This document shows positions 27,223 to 40,535 of a DNA stretch of 64,000 bases, one piece after another (the first letter of the stretch is position 1; each line of letters starts with the position of its first letter). This stretch comes from Chiloscyllium plagiosum (Eukaryota). The notes beneath the pieces are model-generated. The model ran no database searches and was not told the DNA's origin. It worked only from the letters and a program-made list of their open reading frames with translations. Both the position numbers and the translations under genes were made by a program. The DNA is taken from the NCBI RefSeq assembly GCF_004010195.1, contig NC_057718.1:83926924-83990923 (forward strand). The letters are read 5' to 3'.

Positions 27223-28917
27223 CTGGACCTTGGCTTGTTAGCATGCTAACTCTTAAAGCAGTAACACAACATCCCATTCTCCTACATAGATTTTTATTCT
27301 TTGTGCATATAATAATGTAATCATTATTTAGTAGCAAAACTACTTACATACAAAAAAGATTGTAAATTTTATTACTTTAATACTCTCAATCATGTATAGA
27401 TCGTTTTACAGTCATTCCAGATCTCATCATGGTATAAGCTTCTGGTGATCTGGACTTGACATTTGGGTATTCTCAACTTATCTGTTGGTCAGCTGCTGTT
27501 GATCTGTGATTTGATATCATTGTGGTCTTCCTAATCTTCATTACCTGAGTGTACCTTTGTGTTCTAAATAGTTGCAGTACTGTCCTGTTCCCTGAGCTGG
27601 CTTCTGTCCCTCTGTTACACTTTCCAGTGTTGTGCCTTCAGAGAATGTAGGTTGATAACCCAGCTTGGAAACGTTTGCGAGTAACCATATAACCTGTAAA
27701 AGATACATATGAATTAGGTCATTCAGCATCTGCATGCTAGTCAAGCACCATGATCATTCTATCCTATTTTGGGGAGAAGTCCTGTATTGCTGAGAATTTG
27801 GACAGCTGATAGCTTGGCAGTGCTGTCCCACCCTGCCTTCTGTGCCTGACCTCTCCTGACCACAATAAGCCAGAGGTGTAGCTCTTAGGTTTCTCACAAC
27901 AATAAGTACTTTAATAATGTGAGCTGTTAGTTTGGTGAGACTGTTTTATCTGGGATAATGTGGTGTGGCTGGTGCATGGCTTATGTTCCATTTGGAATAT
28001 ATGTCACTAAAAAGTCTGGTCTCCATTTGCATTGTGGCTTATTGTTAGATATGCTCATCTTAGTTGTACTGAAGTGACTGGATGTTGCATTCATTGTGTC
28101 TGCCATGGAAGTACTTCAGATGTCTTTCAAATGCCTGACAGCTGGAAATTTGGAAAAGTAGTTTGTGATGAATAGAAGATCGGTGTGTGCATGCTGCATA
28201 AATCTGAGATTTTGTACTACTAAACTGACATAGTTGCATAAGGATGTAGAGTTCTTTGTTTTAAAAAAAAGCAGAGATTGGTGGAAAAACTTAGCAGGTC
28301 AGGTGGTATCTATGCAGAGAAAACAGAGTGTCTGTGCCCATTGTCATTAATGTGGCTGTGACATTATTTCTTGGGGAAGAGCTTTAAGTACAAGCACTTG
28401 TTTGTCTATAAAAGTTATGCCTTTTGAGATATCTAGTTCATCTGTATTCAAGAGCCACCTGAAAGTGTCTGATATCTCTTTAGTTGTGTCAGGCCATCCT
28501 TCTGAGATAACTTTCCATAGTGCCTTCACTTGTGGGTCATTACTTCGTACTGAAGTTAATTTTGGTCAGCACAAATGCAATTAATCAAACAACTTTAGGT
28601 GCATCTACCACCTTGAGGTGCATTCTCTTTACTTGTAAATCTAGACAAATTTCCACATTCTTCAGATTTGGTAATGTGATCAGTGTCAGAGGGAAGTATT
28701 CCAGTATCAAGTTTGTAGCAGTACATTGGAAGTCACTCCTTTTTCCTTTTACTCGAAGTGGTCGTACTCTGCGTAATGCAATTGTTACAGGTTTGTGCTA
28801 AATCATTTTCAGTGGTTTGTGGGAAGTTTCTGCAGAGAACTATTACAAATCAGGTATAATATATGGAAGTTTGTTATGCTTGAACAACTATTTCATGCTT
28901 CATTTTCATGCCCCATC

Positions 28918-29230
28918 GGGGCGGCACGGTGGCTCAGTGGTTAGCACTGCTGCCTCACAACACCAGGGACCCAGGTTCAGTTCCAGCCTTGGGCAACGGT
29001 CTGTGTGGAGTTTGCACATTCTCCCTGTGTCTGCGTGGGTTTTCTCCGGTTTTGTCCCACAGTCCAAAAATGTGCATGTCAGGTTAATTAATCATTCTAC
29101 ATTGCCCATAGTGTTAGGTGCATTAGTCAGAGGGAAATGGGTCTGGATGGGTTACTTTTCGGAGGGTCGGTGTGGACTTATTGGCCGAAGGGCCTGTTTC
29201 CATTCTGTAGGGAATCTAATCTGATCTAAT
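28918..29230 (+). mobile_element. HE1-type SINE inserted in the Gypsy RNaseH region
   Basis: Full head; tail GGCCGAAGGGCCTGTTTCCATTCTGTAGGGAATCTAATCTGATCTAAT. Confidence 0.9.
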
Positions 29231-29249
29231 TGGATTGTGAGAAAGTAGT

Positions 29250-29350
29250 GATGCTGGAGATCACAGTTGAGAGTGTGGTGCTGGAAAAGCACAACAGTCA
29301 GGCATCATACGAGGAGAAGGAGAATCGGCGTTTGAGCATCAGCCATTCAT
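29250..29350 (-). mobile_element. Decayed family B-like Penelope-related fragment
   Basis: GTGGTGCTGGAAAAGCACAACAGTCAGGCATCATACGAGG...CGTTT...CCATTCAT aligns with the 9761-9855 arm. Confidence 0.6.
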
Positions 29351-30959
29351 TTGTGCTTGCCTTTTAGATTTGGATTGGTTTTCCATTTTCTATGATGCAT
29401 GGTCCTTGACCTTTGAGATGCATTGGCTTCCAGGATTGAATTTTTTTCTTTGGGTCGTAGCCCTGTGGAACACATAATATTGCTACCAGTGTTCATTTGA
29501 GTGATTTGAACAGGTGTTGATGCTCTTCCTGTCATACATATGGATGTTTTTGTTGATGAGCTCTTAATGATGATGCTTTCCACGTTTGCTTTGTATGGTG
29601 CTAGGAATTTAAAAATTTGAGATTTCTTTGCAGTTCATTTCTGACCTTGTCTGGGTTGAGACGGATCCCATAATCTGTTTAAATAGAGCCAGAAAAGTTG
29701 ATCTGACTTGCAGTCATCTAGCACTACTTCTGGTTGAGTTCTCCTTGATGAGCTGGCACCATCAATGAATGTAGATTTTGCTTGTACTCTCCTTTTGGTT
29801 TTGCCCATCACTTCAGTATCCTCAGAAATGCATACACATCCAGGAATACTTTGCATAATACTAAGCTGCTGGACAACAGACCAAAAAGTGGTGTCTGGAA
29901 GTGATAGCTTCGAAATGGTGTCCTGGCAGTAGTGATTTCTTGAGATGACTTTGTTAAATGAGCTGTCTAATATGTATGTTTGGCGTCCAGTTGAGAAAAG
30001 AATTTACCACCTTGAGGGATTTCTTTAGAGAAAAGTTTGGATGCCTTGAGTCAAAACATACCCTGATTGTGCTAAAGAAAGATAGCACAATCCTTTGATT
30101 CCATGAGCTCACGGCTTGCAATTTCTCCTACCTCCGCTTAAAAAAAAAAGCAACAACAAAATTCATCATCCACTGGCTAAAGTCATGTATCAGTGATTTT
30201 TAAACAATTTTTTAATGTGCTCCACACTTGTGAATTCCATCATTCACTGGGGTTCTCAGGCATGGAACCCTCGAGCTCAGAGGAATGATTGTAAAAGCAC
30301 ACAAACTGGTGCTGCTATGATGTAATCAACAGATTAAATCATTAGGTTCCAGTCATCTCGCTTGCTGGTAAGCTTCTCCTATAGGTGAACACTGCACTTT
30401 TTTTTATTCACTCCTAAGATGTGGGCATTGTTGGCTGGCCAGCATTTATTGCGTGTTCTGAGTTGCCCTTAAGAAGGTGGTGAGCTGCCATCTTCAACCA
30501 CTGCAGCTCATGCATTTTTGGTTTATCCACAGTGCTTTTAGAGAGGTAATTCAAGAGTTTTGACCAGCAGCTCTTTAAAGAACAGTGATAAATTTCCACG
30601 AGAGGATGAGGAGTGAGTTGCAAAGGCACTTGTTAACTTCGTAGAATGCTTGACAAAATTGTTTTCCCTGAGATGCAAGACAAGTTCACATTTGAAGTTT
30701 CTATAGTGTTGAATTTGTCTGGGTACAATTGCTGCAAGTCCGGAATCAATTCAACGTGCAGTTATTATCTTATGATTTTTGTGGATGCTGACAGTATTGA
30801 ATTCCATGCGTGCATGCTGATAGCCGCTTGCCCTCTAATTTCTTTTCTGACTGTACAGGCCTCTGAGGTCCATGTACTGCAGTGATTTCTAGAACTGGAA
30901 GTCAAAGCTGCGATCAGTGTACCGACACAGATCACTGTGCATAACCATAGAGCAACTGC

Positions 30960-31600
30960 ACTCGCAAGTAACTTAGAGGACACTATATGCTGTATTGTGC
31001 TCTCCCTCCTGTCCTGCCACTATTCAATGATCTATGCATATATGCATCCAGGTTTCTCTGCTTCTGATCTGCACCTCTAGATTTGTATTCTTTTTTAAAA
31101 ATTATCTTTTAATGTTCTTACCAAAACCAATCACCTCTCTGCCTTGAAACACATCTGCCCAATCCACCTACTTGGGTATGTCCTTCTGGAGGTCTACATC
31201 ATCTTCCTCACAGTTTACAATTCCTGAGTTTTGTGTTGTCTGCAAACTTTGGAATTGCCTTTTGCACACTGATGATCTACATTATTAATATATATGAGGA
31301 AAAACAAGAGTCTTGAGATCAGTCCCTGGGGAGCTCCATTACAAACCTTTCTCCAGCCTGAAAAATACTGATTGACCATTCCTTCTGTACTTCTTATCAC
31401 TCGGCCAATTTTGTATCCATGTTGCTACTGACCATTTTATTCCATAACCAGTAACATTTCTCAAGTTTTTTTTGTGCAGTACTGTATCAAATGCGTTCTG
31501 AAAGTCCCATGTACATCACATATAAACTTTACCCTAATCAAGCCTTTTGTGTTGCCTGATCCAAAAACTCTACCAAATTAGTTAAACACGAGTTCCATTT
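30960..31600 (-). mobile_element. Old CR1 LINE RT remnant
   Basis: Minus ORF 31215..31400 SGWRKVCNGAPQGL..LFFLIYINNVD. Confidence 0.7.
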
Positions 31601-31747
31601 TAGGATCCTATTTGATGTTATTTCCAAGTCTCCTCTGGAGTTGGTGATCTACCCTGGTCAAACGTGTACCTTGTTATCAGGAAGGTCATAACCATGAATA
31701 GCTTGAGGCTGTATGGAGGACATGGGGTAGTCACTTGCCTTATCAAC

Positions 31748-32038
31748 TGGTTAGCACTGCTGCCTCACAGCGCCAGAGACCCGGGTTCAATTCCCGCCTC
31801 AGGCGACTGACTGTGTGGAGTTTGCACGTTCTCTCCGTGTCTGCGTGGGTTTCCTCCGGGTGCTCCGGTTTCCTCCCACAGTCCAAAAATGTGCAGGTCA
31901 GGTGAATTGGCCATGCTAAATTGCCCGTAGTGTTAGGTAAGGGGTAAATGTAGGGGTATGGGTGGGTTGCGCTTCGGTGGGTCGGTGTGGACTTGTTGTG
32001 CCGAAGGGCCTGTTTCCACACTGTAATCTAAAAAAAAA
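31748..32038 (+). mobile_element. HE1-type SINE, slightly 5'-truncated, CpG-rich and young-looking
   Basis: TGGTTAGCACTGCTGCCTCACAGCGCCAGAGACCCGGGTTCAATTCCCG...GGGCCTGTTTCCACACTGTAATCTAAAAAAAAA. Confidence 0.9.
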
Positions 32039-32360
32039 TGCTTTTGAAACAAAATCTCACAATATGGACTCACTGTTCAAAATGTTTTGAGGAGCGAATT
32101 CACAAATGGATTGAACTGCCCAAGCAAATATAATAACACAATTCCAATCACTGGGTCAGAATTGGAAAACTTTCTCATCAAATCTGGAGTCGAGTAAATC
32201 TGTCTTGTTTATGTGCTGCATCAAGCCTTTTGCCAAGTCCATCTGAAAGAATGCAGCCATGAGGGGGTAACAGTCTTGGGCAGTGGAGACACTCAGGCCA
32301 AAGCTTCCTGTACAGTCTGTCCTGAGAAATGTAATAGTTTTGTTCCTGTATGATCCCACA

Positions 32361-32530
32361 TTAAAAGAAAATCGTGTAATAGCAGCACCATTTAAACCAA
32401 TGGGACCGGAATTGCATTGTAACCAATGCAGGTAAGGAAAGTTGACATTCTACAAATAATGGTTTAAGTTCTTCAATCGCGTTATAGCCAATTTGCATTG
32501 AAGAAACACGCGTTATAGCAGAACCGACTG
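32361..32530. mobile_element. Partial Tc1/mariner (Tigger-like) MITE
   Basis: Ends GTTATAGCAGAACCGACTG, the same terminal repeat as 37648-37850. Confidence 0.55.
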
Positions 32531-34071
32531 CACTCGTCAGATGTCTGTCATGAACCAAGTTTATGGACTCATCAGCGTTTGCAACCCTTACGACATTCCC
32601 TTGGCAACCCAATTAAATTATGACAGGAGCAAGGCCATGTTCTTTGGGAACTTGTTTCACCGATCTGCTCTTCATCATTGGGTTAGATCACATGACGGTA
32701 CTGGTTTGATCGGAAGAACCAGCATGCACCAGAAACTGGAAGGAGCATATTACCAAGTAATAAACAAGTTGGGAAGTGAAATAATATGTTAAGAACCTGA
32801 TCATTGGTTGTAAGGTGCTTTCGGTGTTAACGTATGTTGTCGGTCTGTCACATGCTCCTCTTCTGCACATTGTGTCACTAAGTCATTCTGCACTTAAGTC
32901 AATCAAAAATGGATTGTGACCACATGAATATGATGTTCCAATCTCGAGATCAAGGCAAGGGAGTTAGAAACCAAACATCTCTGCTTATTCTGATGATCAC
33001 CTTTGCGTGTAATTCCATCAAACTGTGCCAAGATCTTTGGCGGACAAGTGTCAGCTTTATTTCAAATCTTAGTCTATGAAATCCTCTTTGCCGTAGTCAT
33101 TTGTTTTCAATTGCAACTCTTGCTCACTGGTCTGAAATTGAGAACAGGAGATAGGTTTTTTTTTTCCTGTTGGAAGGCCATTCAAGTGTCCATTAAGTAC
33201 TCTTAATTAAATTCCAAAGGCACAATTGTAATCTGACATGACACTTGAAATTTAGCTTGGTCCAAAACTGTTCTGGATAAAACTTTTGCTCTGACGTTTC
33301 CTGGAACTATCTTGTTCAATCCCGCCATTCTTCTCAAATATTAACTTTATCCTTAATCTCCTGTGGATTGTATTATAATTCTTAATCTTGTTTACAATTT
33401 CTCCATTATTGTACTTCTCCTATCTGCAACCGTGTCAGTCCTTTATTTCAGTTTATATTCATGGTGTTCAGAATCTGATTGTTATTTCCTCTTTGTTACC
33501 GTAAATGCCAGAGTTTGAGCCATCATCTTGCTTTACTGTGGAATTTTCTTGCTATCTTCTCTCTCTTTCTATAACTTGACACTTTAAAAATCTTTTTTGA
33601 CTATTTCCTCACCTCCTAACTGTTTGACTCTTCTAGTGTCCTTTGGTCTGTTGACATTTTATAATATTTAGTGTGTTATTTAACGAAAGTGGTTTCACTT
33701 GGAGTGTTATCATTTGGAAGCAAATGTTTGAAAATTTTACATTTTTAATTGCACTGGGACTTGTTTTAAAATAACATAGGAAATTAAGGTGGTTGATTCT
33801 TTGCAGTTGTCTTTGAATTCTTGAGCTGTTTCAAATGCGTTCATCTAAATAAACTGAAGATAGACTACATTCATTCATGAATTGTTTGCTTCTGAATTAA
33901 TCATCATCTCAAAGCTGCTCTTAGCTTGACTGATATCATCTGTTTGCAGATGTATTGCCTTGCCCAGAAATTGAGTGCTTACTCTTCTTACTATAAATTT
34001 TACATGATCAGTGCAAAAATTCAAGTTAATTTCCAGATATATTGACAGGTACCTATGTCTGCTTTTTTCAG

Positions 34072-34182
34072 GAGTTAGCATTTGACCCATATGAGAACTA
34101 TGCACAGGACATACTGCGGCCTGGCTTTCATGATCATTTTCTCAGCCTTTTATCAAAGCCAGGTGCTGCATTCTACTTGCAG
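34072..34182 (+). CDS. SOS1: SOS1 coding exon 7, DH domain
   Basis: ttttttcag|GAG...CAG|gtgagc; 111 nt; [40 protein letters not shown]1-like rather than SOS2-like. Not in the ORF track. Confidence 0.96.
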
Positions 34183-34241
34183 GTGAGCATTTCGACAACT
34201 TAAATTCTGCTGCTTAGAAAGCAATTACAAATGTAATCTAG

Positions 34242-34382
<141 letters not shown>

Positions 34383-34635
34383 TGAATAGGAGCTATTGTA
34401 TTTAGTTAAAACTTATCTTAATTGAAGAAAATGATCCACAACATACATACATATATTACAATACTGTTGTGACAGACACATCATGAAATAACAAATGTAA
34501 TTAATTTTTTGGTAAATAATTACTCATGTCTCAACTCTGGAGAACTGTTAGTTGCAAAACCATACAATAGACTAACAGCTTTCCATACTATCACTGTAAG
34601 AAAAATAAAATGATAAAATATATTCTACAATTGGA

Positions 34636-34752
34636 GGGCCTTTATGGCACAGTGCTAATGTCCCTATCTCTGGGCTCGAAGGCTCAGGTTTGAGTCTAAC
34701 TGCTCTCAAGGTATATTATAATAACTCTGAAAAAGTTAATTTGAAAATATCT
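34636..34752 (+). repeat. Single copy of the short tRNA-derived SINE
   Basis: GGGCCTTTATGGCACAGTGCTAATGTCCCTATCTCTGGGCTCGAAGGCTCAGGTTTGAGTC; reverse complement of the 7861-8457 units. Confidence 0.65.
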
Positions 34753-37647
34753 GTGCTATAATTGATGCACTTGTTACAATTCCTCACCAGGAAGCTGTCT
34801 AAGTGGTCAGAAATTTGCTCAAAACTCTAAATATATTATGATGTTGATCTTCCAGAATGTAATGTGGACCGCCTTTGCAGAATTTAGTATGACATGGTAA
34901 AGAAAACTCCAGAACAGGTACAGACTGGAACAGAGTTCTTTGGGACATCATTACTCACATTGTTTGACTAGTTCGAGAACCTGGCATTATTTGCTCAGAA
35001 CCTTACTTTACTTTGAAATTCAACTATGTGGCACTTCATCAAGATTTCTGAAATTTGATGTGAATTTTCCACATCCACAATAACCTGACACACTTGAAAG
35101 TAACTCTTAGGTTTGTTAAGCCTGGTCTTCCTTCCGAAGATCCGTGTTTCTGACTTATAAATTATTTTTGTAAAGTCTAGTAATTTCATAATTAACTAAA
35201 GATTCCAAAATTTTCTCCAATATGGATGTTAAATTACCTTAATTAGCTTTTGTTTTGAAAATAGGCGTTCAGTTAGCTTCTCGTCAGATATTCAGTGCAC
35301 ACCCACACTCAATTTCTCCAGACTTTGCTTTGTATTTTCCCGTTCTCCTCAGGGATCCAGTGGTCTCAACACGTCCTAATTTTTTGCTTGATTTACTATG
35401 TGTAATATTCTGTATTTAATTATGTATCTAATTTATTTTAACTGGAGGATATACCTTTGCTTCAGTATTCTCCTTTCTTAAAGTTGTTATGAAATACTTG
35501 CATCCCATCAATTTCTAATAACTTACTTCTCCCTGAAAATCTCGGTTTCTACCACTCCTTGTTGAAGTCACTCCTTAAAATCAACCTCTTTGACCAAGCT
35601 TTTGATTACTAGTCATAGAGTCACACAGCATGAAAACAGACCGTTCATTCTAAATTATCCAAGTGACCATCCCATTTCAGTGCTAAATGCTGTCTTCACC
35701 TTCCTGTCTACCTGTGATGGCACTTTCAAGGAACCATGTACCTGAAACCCCAGGTTTTGGTGAATTTACACAGTTCAGACTGCTGCTTCACCACGAATCA
35801 CTGAAGAGAGAGTGATTGCTTGTGGATGTGGTGCCATTCAGCAGGTTGATTTATTTCTGATGATGTCAAGCTTCTTGAGTGTTATTGAAGCTGCACTCAT
35901 CCAGAAAGGTGGGGAGTATTCTATTACACTCCTGACTTGTGCCTTGCAGATGGTCAACAGGCTTTGGGGAGTCCAAAACTGAGTTACTCACTGCAATATT
36001 CCTAGCCAGTGATCTGTTCTTGTCGCTACTGTGTTTATATGGCAAGTCCAGTTGAGATTTAGGGTCAATGCTAACCCTAAGGATGCTGATAGTGGGGGAT
36101 TTAGTGATGGTAACATCATTGAATGTCAAAGGGCAATGGCTAGAGTAGGTTGAAGTAATACCTGCCACATAGGAAGATGATTGTGGTTGCTGTGATCAGT
36201 CATCTCAGCTGCAGGATTACAGGAGTTCTTCAGGGTTGTGTCCCAGGTCCAACCATCTTCAGCTGCTTCATTAATCGCTTTTCCTCTGTCATTATGTTAG
36301 AAGTGGAAATGTTTGCAACTCCTCAGGTACTTGTTCTAAAACAACTAGACCTGGACAATATCCATGCTTTGGCTGACAAGTGGCAATTAAAATTTGCACC
36401 CCAGAAATGCCAGGCAATGACCATCTCCAGTAAGAACCCCCCATTGTGGCTTGGTATCAGATTTTGTCTTAATCCTATGAAGCAACTTGATGCATTTCTA
36501 CTGACCTAAAGATATGTTTCTCCTCTGTTAAATCATTGTCCAAACCAGGAAGGAAGCTTATCTGATATTTTTTACTTGTGTTTTCACTGTATATTTCTTC
36601 ACTTTAAATACTTTATATCTACATTCCTTCTTTTCTTTTACATTTGGTAACTTGGCCATTTATCCCTTTTTATCTTCCTGCGTTCACAGGACTATGCAGC
36701 ACTCCTTCTATTTTCATTGGTGTCTAAACTCTATATTTAAGTATTCATTTTTAGTTATTTTTATGGTGCTGTTATTATTTTTAAAACACCTTATTGTTAG
36801 CCAACTATCCTGCATTCCAATTTTTCTTCCCATTTGACCTCAGTACATTTCTCCATCTATTTCTGAAATCTGCCAACTTCTAATCAGGTGTCATTATAGT
36901 TTTGTGTTGAGATTTTCCTCAATCTCATGTTATTAGGGCACTACCCCTAAAATGCTCACTCACATTCATTGCATCTATTTTATTACATGTGACAATATTT
37001 AGTAATTCTCTCTTTTTATGTATATGAAAATAGGATCCTGTAGATAACTAAGGCTTATCAACTGACAGTGGGTAAATCCAGTGACTATTCAAACATATAT
37101 CTACACCGTTCTATTAATGTAAATAGTTTTACATTAAAGCTTCAGTAAGTGTGGTGATGGACCAATTTTTGAAAAAAGTGATAGAACCATGGAAAAGATG
37201 AGGGAGCATGTCTGTCCAAGAGTTCTTTACATGATTTCTCATCAGGACCACTCAATCTGCTTTTTCCCCCCACAGTCTTCTCTGTTTCCAGTCAGCAATT
37301 GTGTTGATTGCCAATCTAAATACTTCATAATTTTGAATACCATTTAAATTTCTCCTTGCTCATCTCTCAACCTAGTCTCCCATCAAGCAATCCAGTTTCT
37401 TCAGCCCTGATACAATTACCATAAATTTTCTTTGCATCCTTACCAAAAGTGTTCCCCTGATCAAATTCACTAAAGGTGATTTTGATATTCTGATTGTCAA
37501 AAAATAAAACAGGAATTTATGGCTAGATTCTGAATTTGACCGGAACAGAATTAAGCCATTTGCCATTTGACCCTTTCATTCGTCAATGATTCAACTCCAC
37601 ATCAACACGTTTTCCCCATATCCCTTCATAGCTATTGTTAACAAATA

Positions 37648-37850
37648 CAGTCAGTTCTTCTATAACACAATGTTTGCATTCTTGTGCAACCCTGCATTAT
37701 AGGAGCAGTGCTTAAAGTGTTGGCAATGTAATCGTGTTACAGGCAACTCACATTTTAAAAGTTCACTCTTTAGAAACCGTTTCCCCAATTCATCAATCAC
37801 GTTACAGCGAAGTTGTGATGACAAAACGCACTTTATAGCAGAATGACCTG
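37648..37850. mobile_element. Tc1/mariner (Tigger-like) MITE
   Basis: TA|CAGTCAGTTCTTCTATAAC...TTATAGCAGAATGACCTG|TA; imperfect TIRs, TA flanks. Confidence 0.7.
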
Positions 37851-37929
37851 TATATCAATTTGAGATTTATCATTAAAACATTTTCTTGCATCAATTACCA
37901 TTTGCAGGGGAATAAATACCAATGCCTAT

Positions 37930-40535
37930 GGTAAGGGGAACATAAAGCTTTAGAACCCAATGAAGCAAAGTGTCAAATGGAATACATCCTAAGATATTGA
38001 ACAATGTAGCTTCTGAGATAATGGATGTGCTGGTAGTAATTTTCCAAGAATCTTTGGATGTTGGAAAAGTTGCAGAGGTTTAGAAAACTGCCAATATAAC
38101 ATCCTTATTCAAAAAAGGAAGGAAACAAAAAAAACCATTATCTGTGGACCATTGAACTTAGTGTCTTTTACTGGAAAAATATTAGCATCTTAAAGGATAC
38201 TATAGCAGAGCATTTAAAAATGCATAACTTTATCAAGCAAATCAGGATGGCGTCATGATGGGGATTTCATGCAAATTTTACCTAACAAATTTTAGTATTC
38301 TTTAGAGGATGTAACAAGCAAGATATATCAGGGGAGCCAGTGGATATGATGTTTGGATTTTCAGAAGGTGTTTGATATGGTACCACACATTAGACTACTG
38401 AATAAAGTAAGAGCTCATGGTGTTGGGGTCATATGAGTATGGATACAGTATTAGTTAACTAATAACCAAGTTGGAATAGGGATTATTTTCAGGATGGCAG
38501 CCTGTTAACTAGTGGACTGCCACAAGGATCCATGCTAAGGCCACAACTATTTACAATGTATATTAATGATTTGCATGCGGAAAATGAATGTACTACAGCC
38601 AAGATTGCAGATGACACAAAATTAGATAGCAAGGCAACTACTGAGGATGGCAGAGTCTACAAAGGGGTTTAGACAGGTTATGTGAGTAGTTAAAAACTTG
38701 TCAGATGGAATATAAAGTGGAAAAATGTGAGGATCTGCATTTAACCTGGGAGAATAGGGGAGCCACATATTATTTAAATGGAGAAAGACTGGAAAATTGC
38801 TGTGTTGTGTAATTATAGTCCTAGAGATGTACAGCATGGAAACAGACCCTTCGGTCCAACTTGTCAGATATCCTAAATCAATCTAGTCACATTTGCCAGT
38901 GTTTGGCCCCATATCCCTCTGCACCCTTCCTATTCATATAGCCATCCAGATGTCTTTTACATGTTGTGATTGCACCAGCTACCTCCACTTCCTCTGGCAG
39001 CCCATTCCATAACTACACCACCTATTGTGTGAGAAAGTTGCCCTTAGGTCTCTTTCAAATCTTTCCCCTCTCACCTTAAACCTATGCTGTCTAGTTTTGG
39101 ACTCTCTCGCCCTGGGAAAAAGACCTTGACTATTCACCCTGTCTATGCCCCTCATGATTTTAACAATTTCCATAAGGTTACCCCTCAACCTCTGACACTC
39201 TAGGGAAAATAGCCCCAGCCTTTTCAGTCTCTCCTTATAGCTCAACCCCCACCCCCACCCCCCAACATCTTTGTAAGTCTTTTCTGAATCTATTCAAGTT
39301 TGACAACATCCTTCCTATAGCAGGCAGACCAGAATTGAACACACTGTTCCAAAAGTGGTCTCAGCAATGTCCTGTTCAGCTGCAACATGACCACCCAACT
39401 CCTAGACTCAACATACTGACTGTCCTGTCTATCTGCGACTCCACTTTCAAGGAACTATAAACTTGCACTCCAAGGTCTCTTTGTTCAACAACATTCCCCA
39501 AGACCTTGCCATTCAGTGTATAAGTCCTGTCCTGACTTGTCTACCAAAATGTAGTGCCTCAAGTTCATCTAAATTAAAAGCCATCTGCTAGTCCTAAGTT
39601 CATCTGATCAAGATCCGTTGAACTCTGAGATAATCTGAGTCCACTACACCACTGATTTTGGTGTTATTTGCAAATTTAGTGACCATTACTTCTAAATTCA
39701 CATCCAAAGCATTAATATAAATGTTGAAAATCAGTGGATCCAGCACTGATCCATGTGATACACCACTGGGCACAGCCCTCCGGTCTGAAAAACAGCCCTC
39801 CACCAGCACCATCCTCTGTTTCCTACCTTTTTGGGAGACTTATGCAAATATCATGAAAAGCTAGCATTCAAGTTCAGCGGGTAATTGGGCAGGCAAATGA
39901 AATGTTAGTTGTAATTTCAAGTGAATGTGAAAATAAGGACATCTTGCTAAAACAAAACCATACACTAATTAGACCACACCTAGAATACTGTGAAGGGGTT
40001 TTGGTTCCCTTATCAAAGGAAAAATATACTGGCATTGGAGGCAGTCCAGAGAAGGCAGACTCGGTTGATTTTGGCTATGGAGGAGCTGTTTTATGAGGAG
40101 AGGTTGAGTAGGCTAGGCCTGAATTCATTGGAGGCCTGAATGAGAGGCAATTTTTTAAAACATTTAAGATTCTTTGGAGGCTTGACACGGTAAAGGCTGA
40201 GACGTGGTTTCCCTTTGTGGGAGAGTCGAGACACGATGGGCCTAATCTAATGGTAAGAGGTCACCCAGTTTGAATAAAGATCGGGGGAATTTCCTCCTTT
40301 GGATGGTGTGCAGTGAAGCTGTGAAATTTGTTACTGCAGAGGGTAGTCAAGGTTGAATTGTTAAACAAGGTGAAGGCTGTGATATACTTTATAATCAGTA
40401 AATGAATCAAAGGTTATGTGAAAAAGGCAGGACTGGCAGAGTTGATCAGATCAGCCACAATCTCAATGAATGGGAGAGCATACTCAGTGGTCTGAATGCC
40501 CTACTTCTGCTCTTACATCTTATTGTCTTGTGGTT
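37930..40535 (+). mobile_element. Old CR1 LINE (RT to 3' UTR), split by a nested antisense LINE
   Basis: RT motifs DFQKVFDMVPH, PQGSML, ADDTK before 38805; resumes at ~39830 with LIRPHLEYC; tail at ~40530. Confidence 0.75.
38810..39830 (-). mobile_element. CR1 LINE 3' ~1 kb, nested
   Basis: Minus ORFs 38979..39245 (SYKERLKRLGLFSLE) and 39600..39812 (GVSHGSVLDPLIFNIYIN). Confidence 0.85.

Larger units (their letters stand above)
27400..30300 (-). mobile_element. Decayed Gypsy/Ty3 LTR-retrotransposon pol (RT-RNaseH-integrase)
   Basis: Minus-strand remnants in order: FSQLDAK (~29990), MQSIPGCVCISED (RT), ILEANASQR and ETSHKPL (RNaseH), KVISEGWPD (tether), SNNKPQ and PHYPR (integrase); many stops and frameshifts. 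Confidence 0.75.
31640..33200 (+). mobile_element. Decayed Tx1/L1-clade LINE RT remnant, interrupted by HE1 and a MITE fragment
   Basis: Remnants resembling CLISLD..AFD.ISH flank the HE1 copy; ORF 32541..32792 NYDRSKAMFFGN. Confidence 0.5.

Noticed and set aside
28918..28995. tRNA gene-like A/B boxes here and at 243, 26865, 31748, 54000 and 56368
   Set aside because: They are SINE heads that continue into a SINE body and LINE-like tail; no proper cloverleaf was found.
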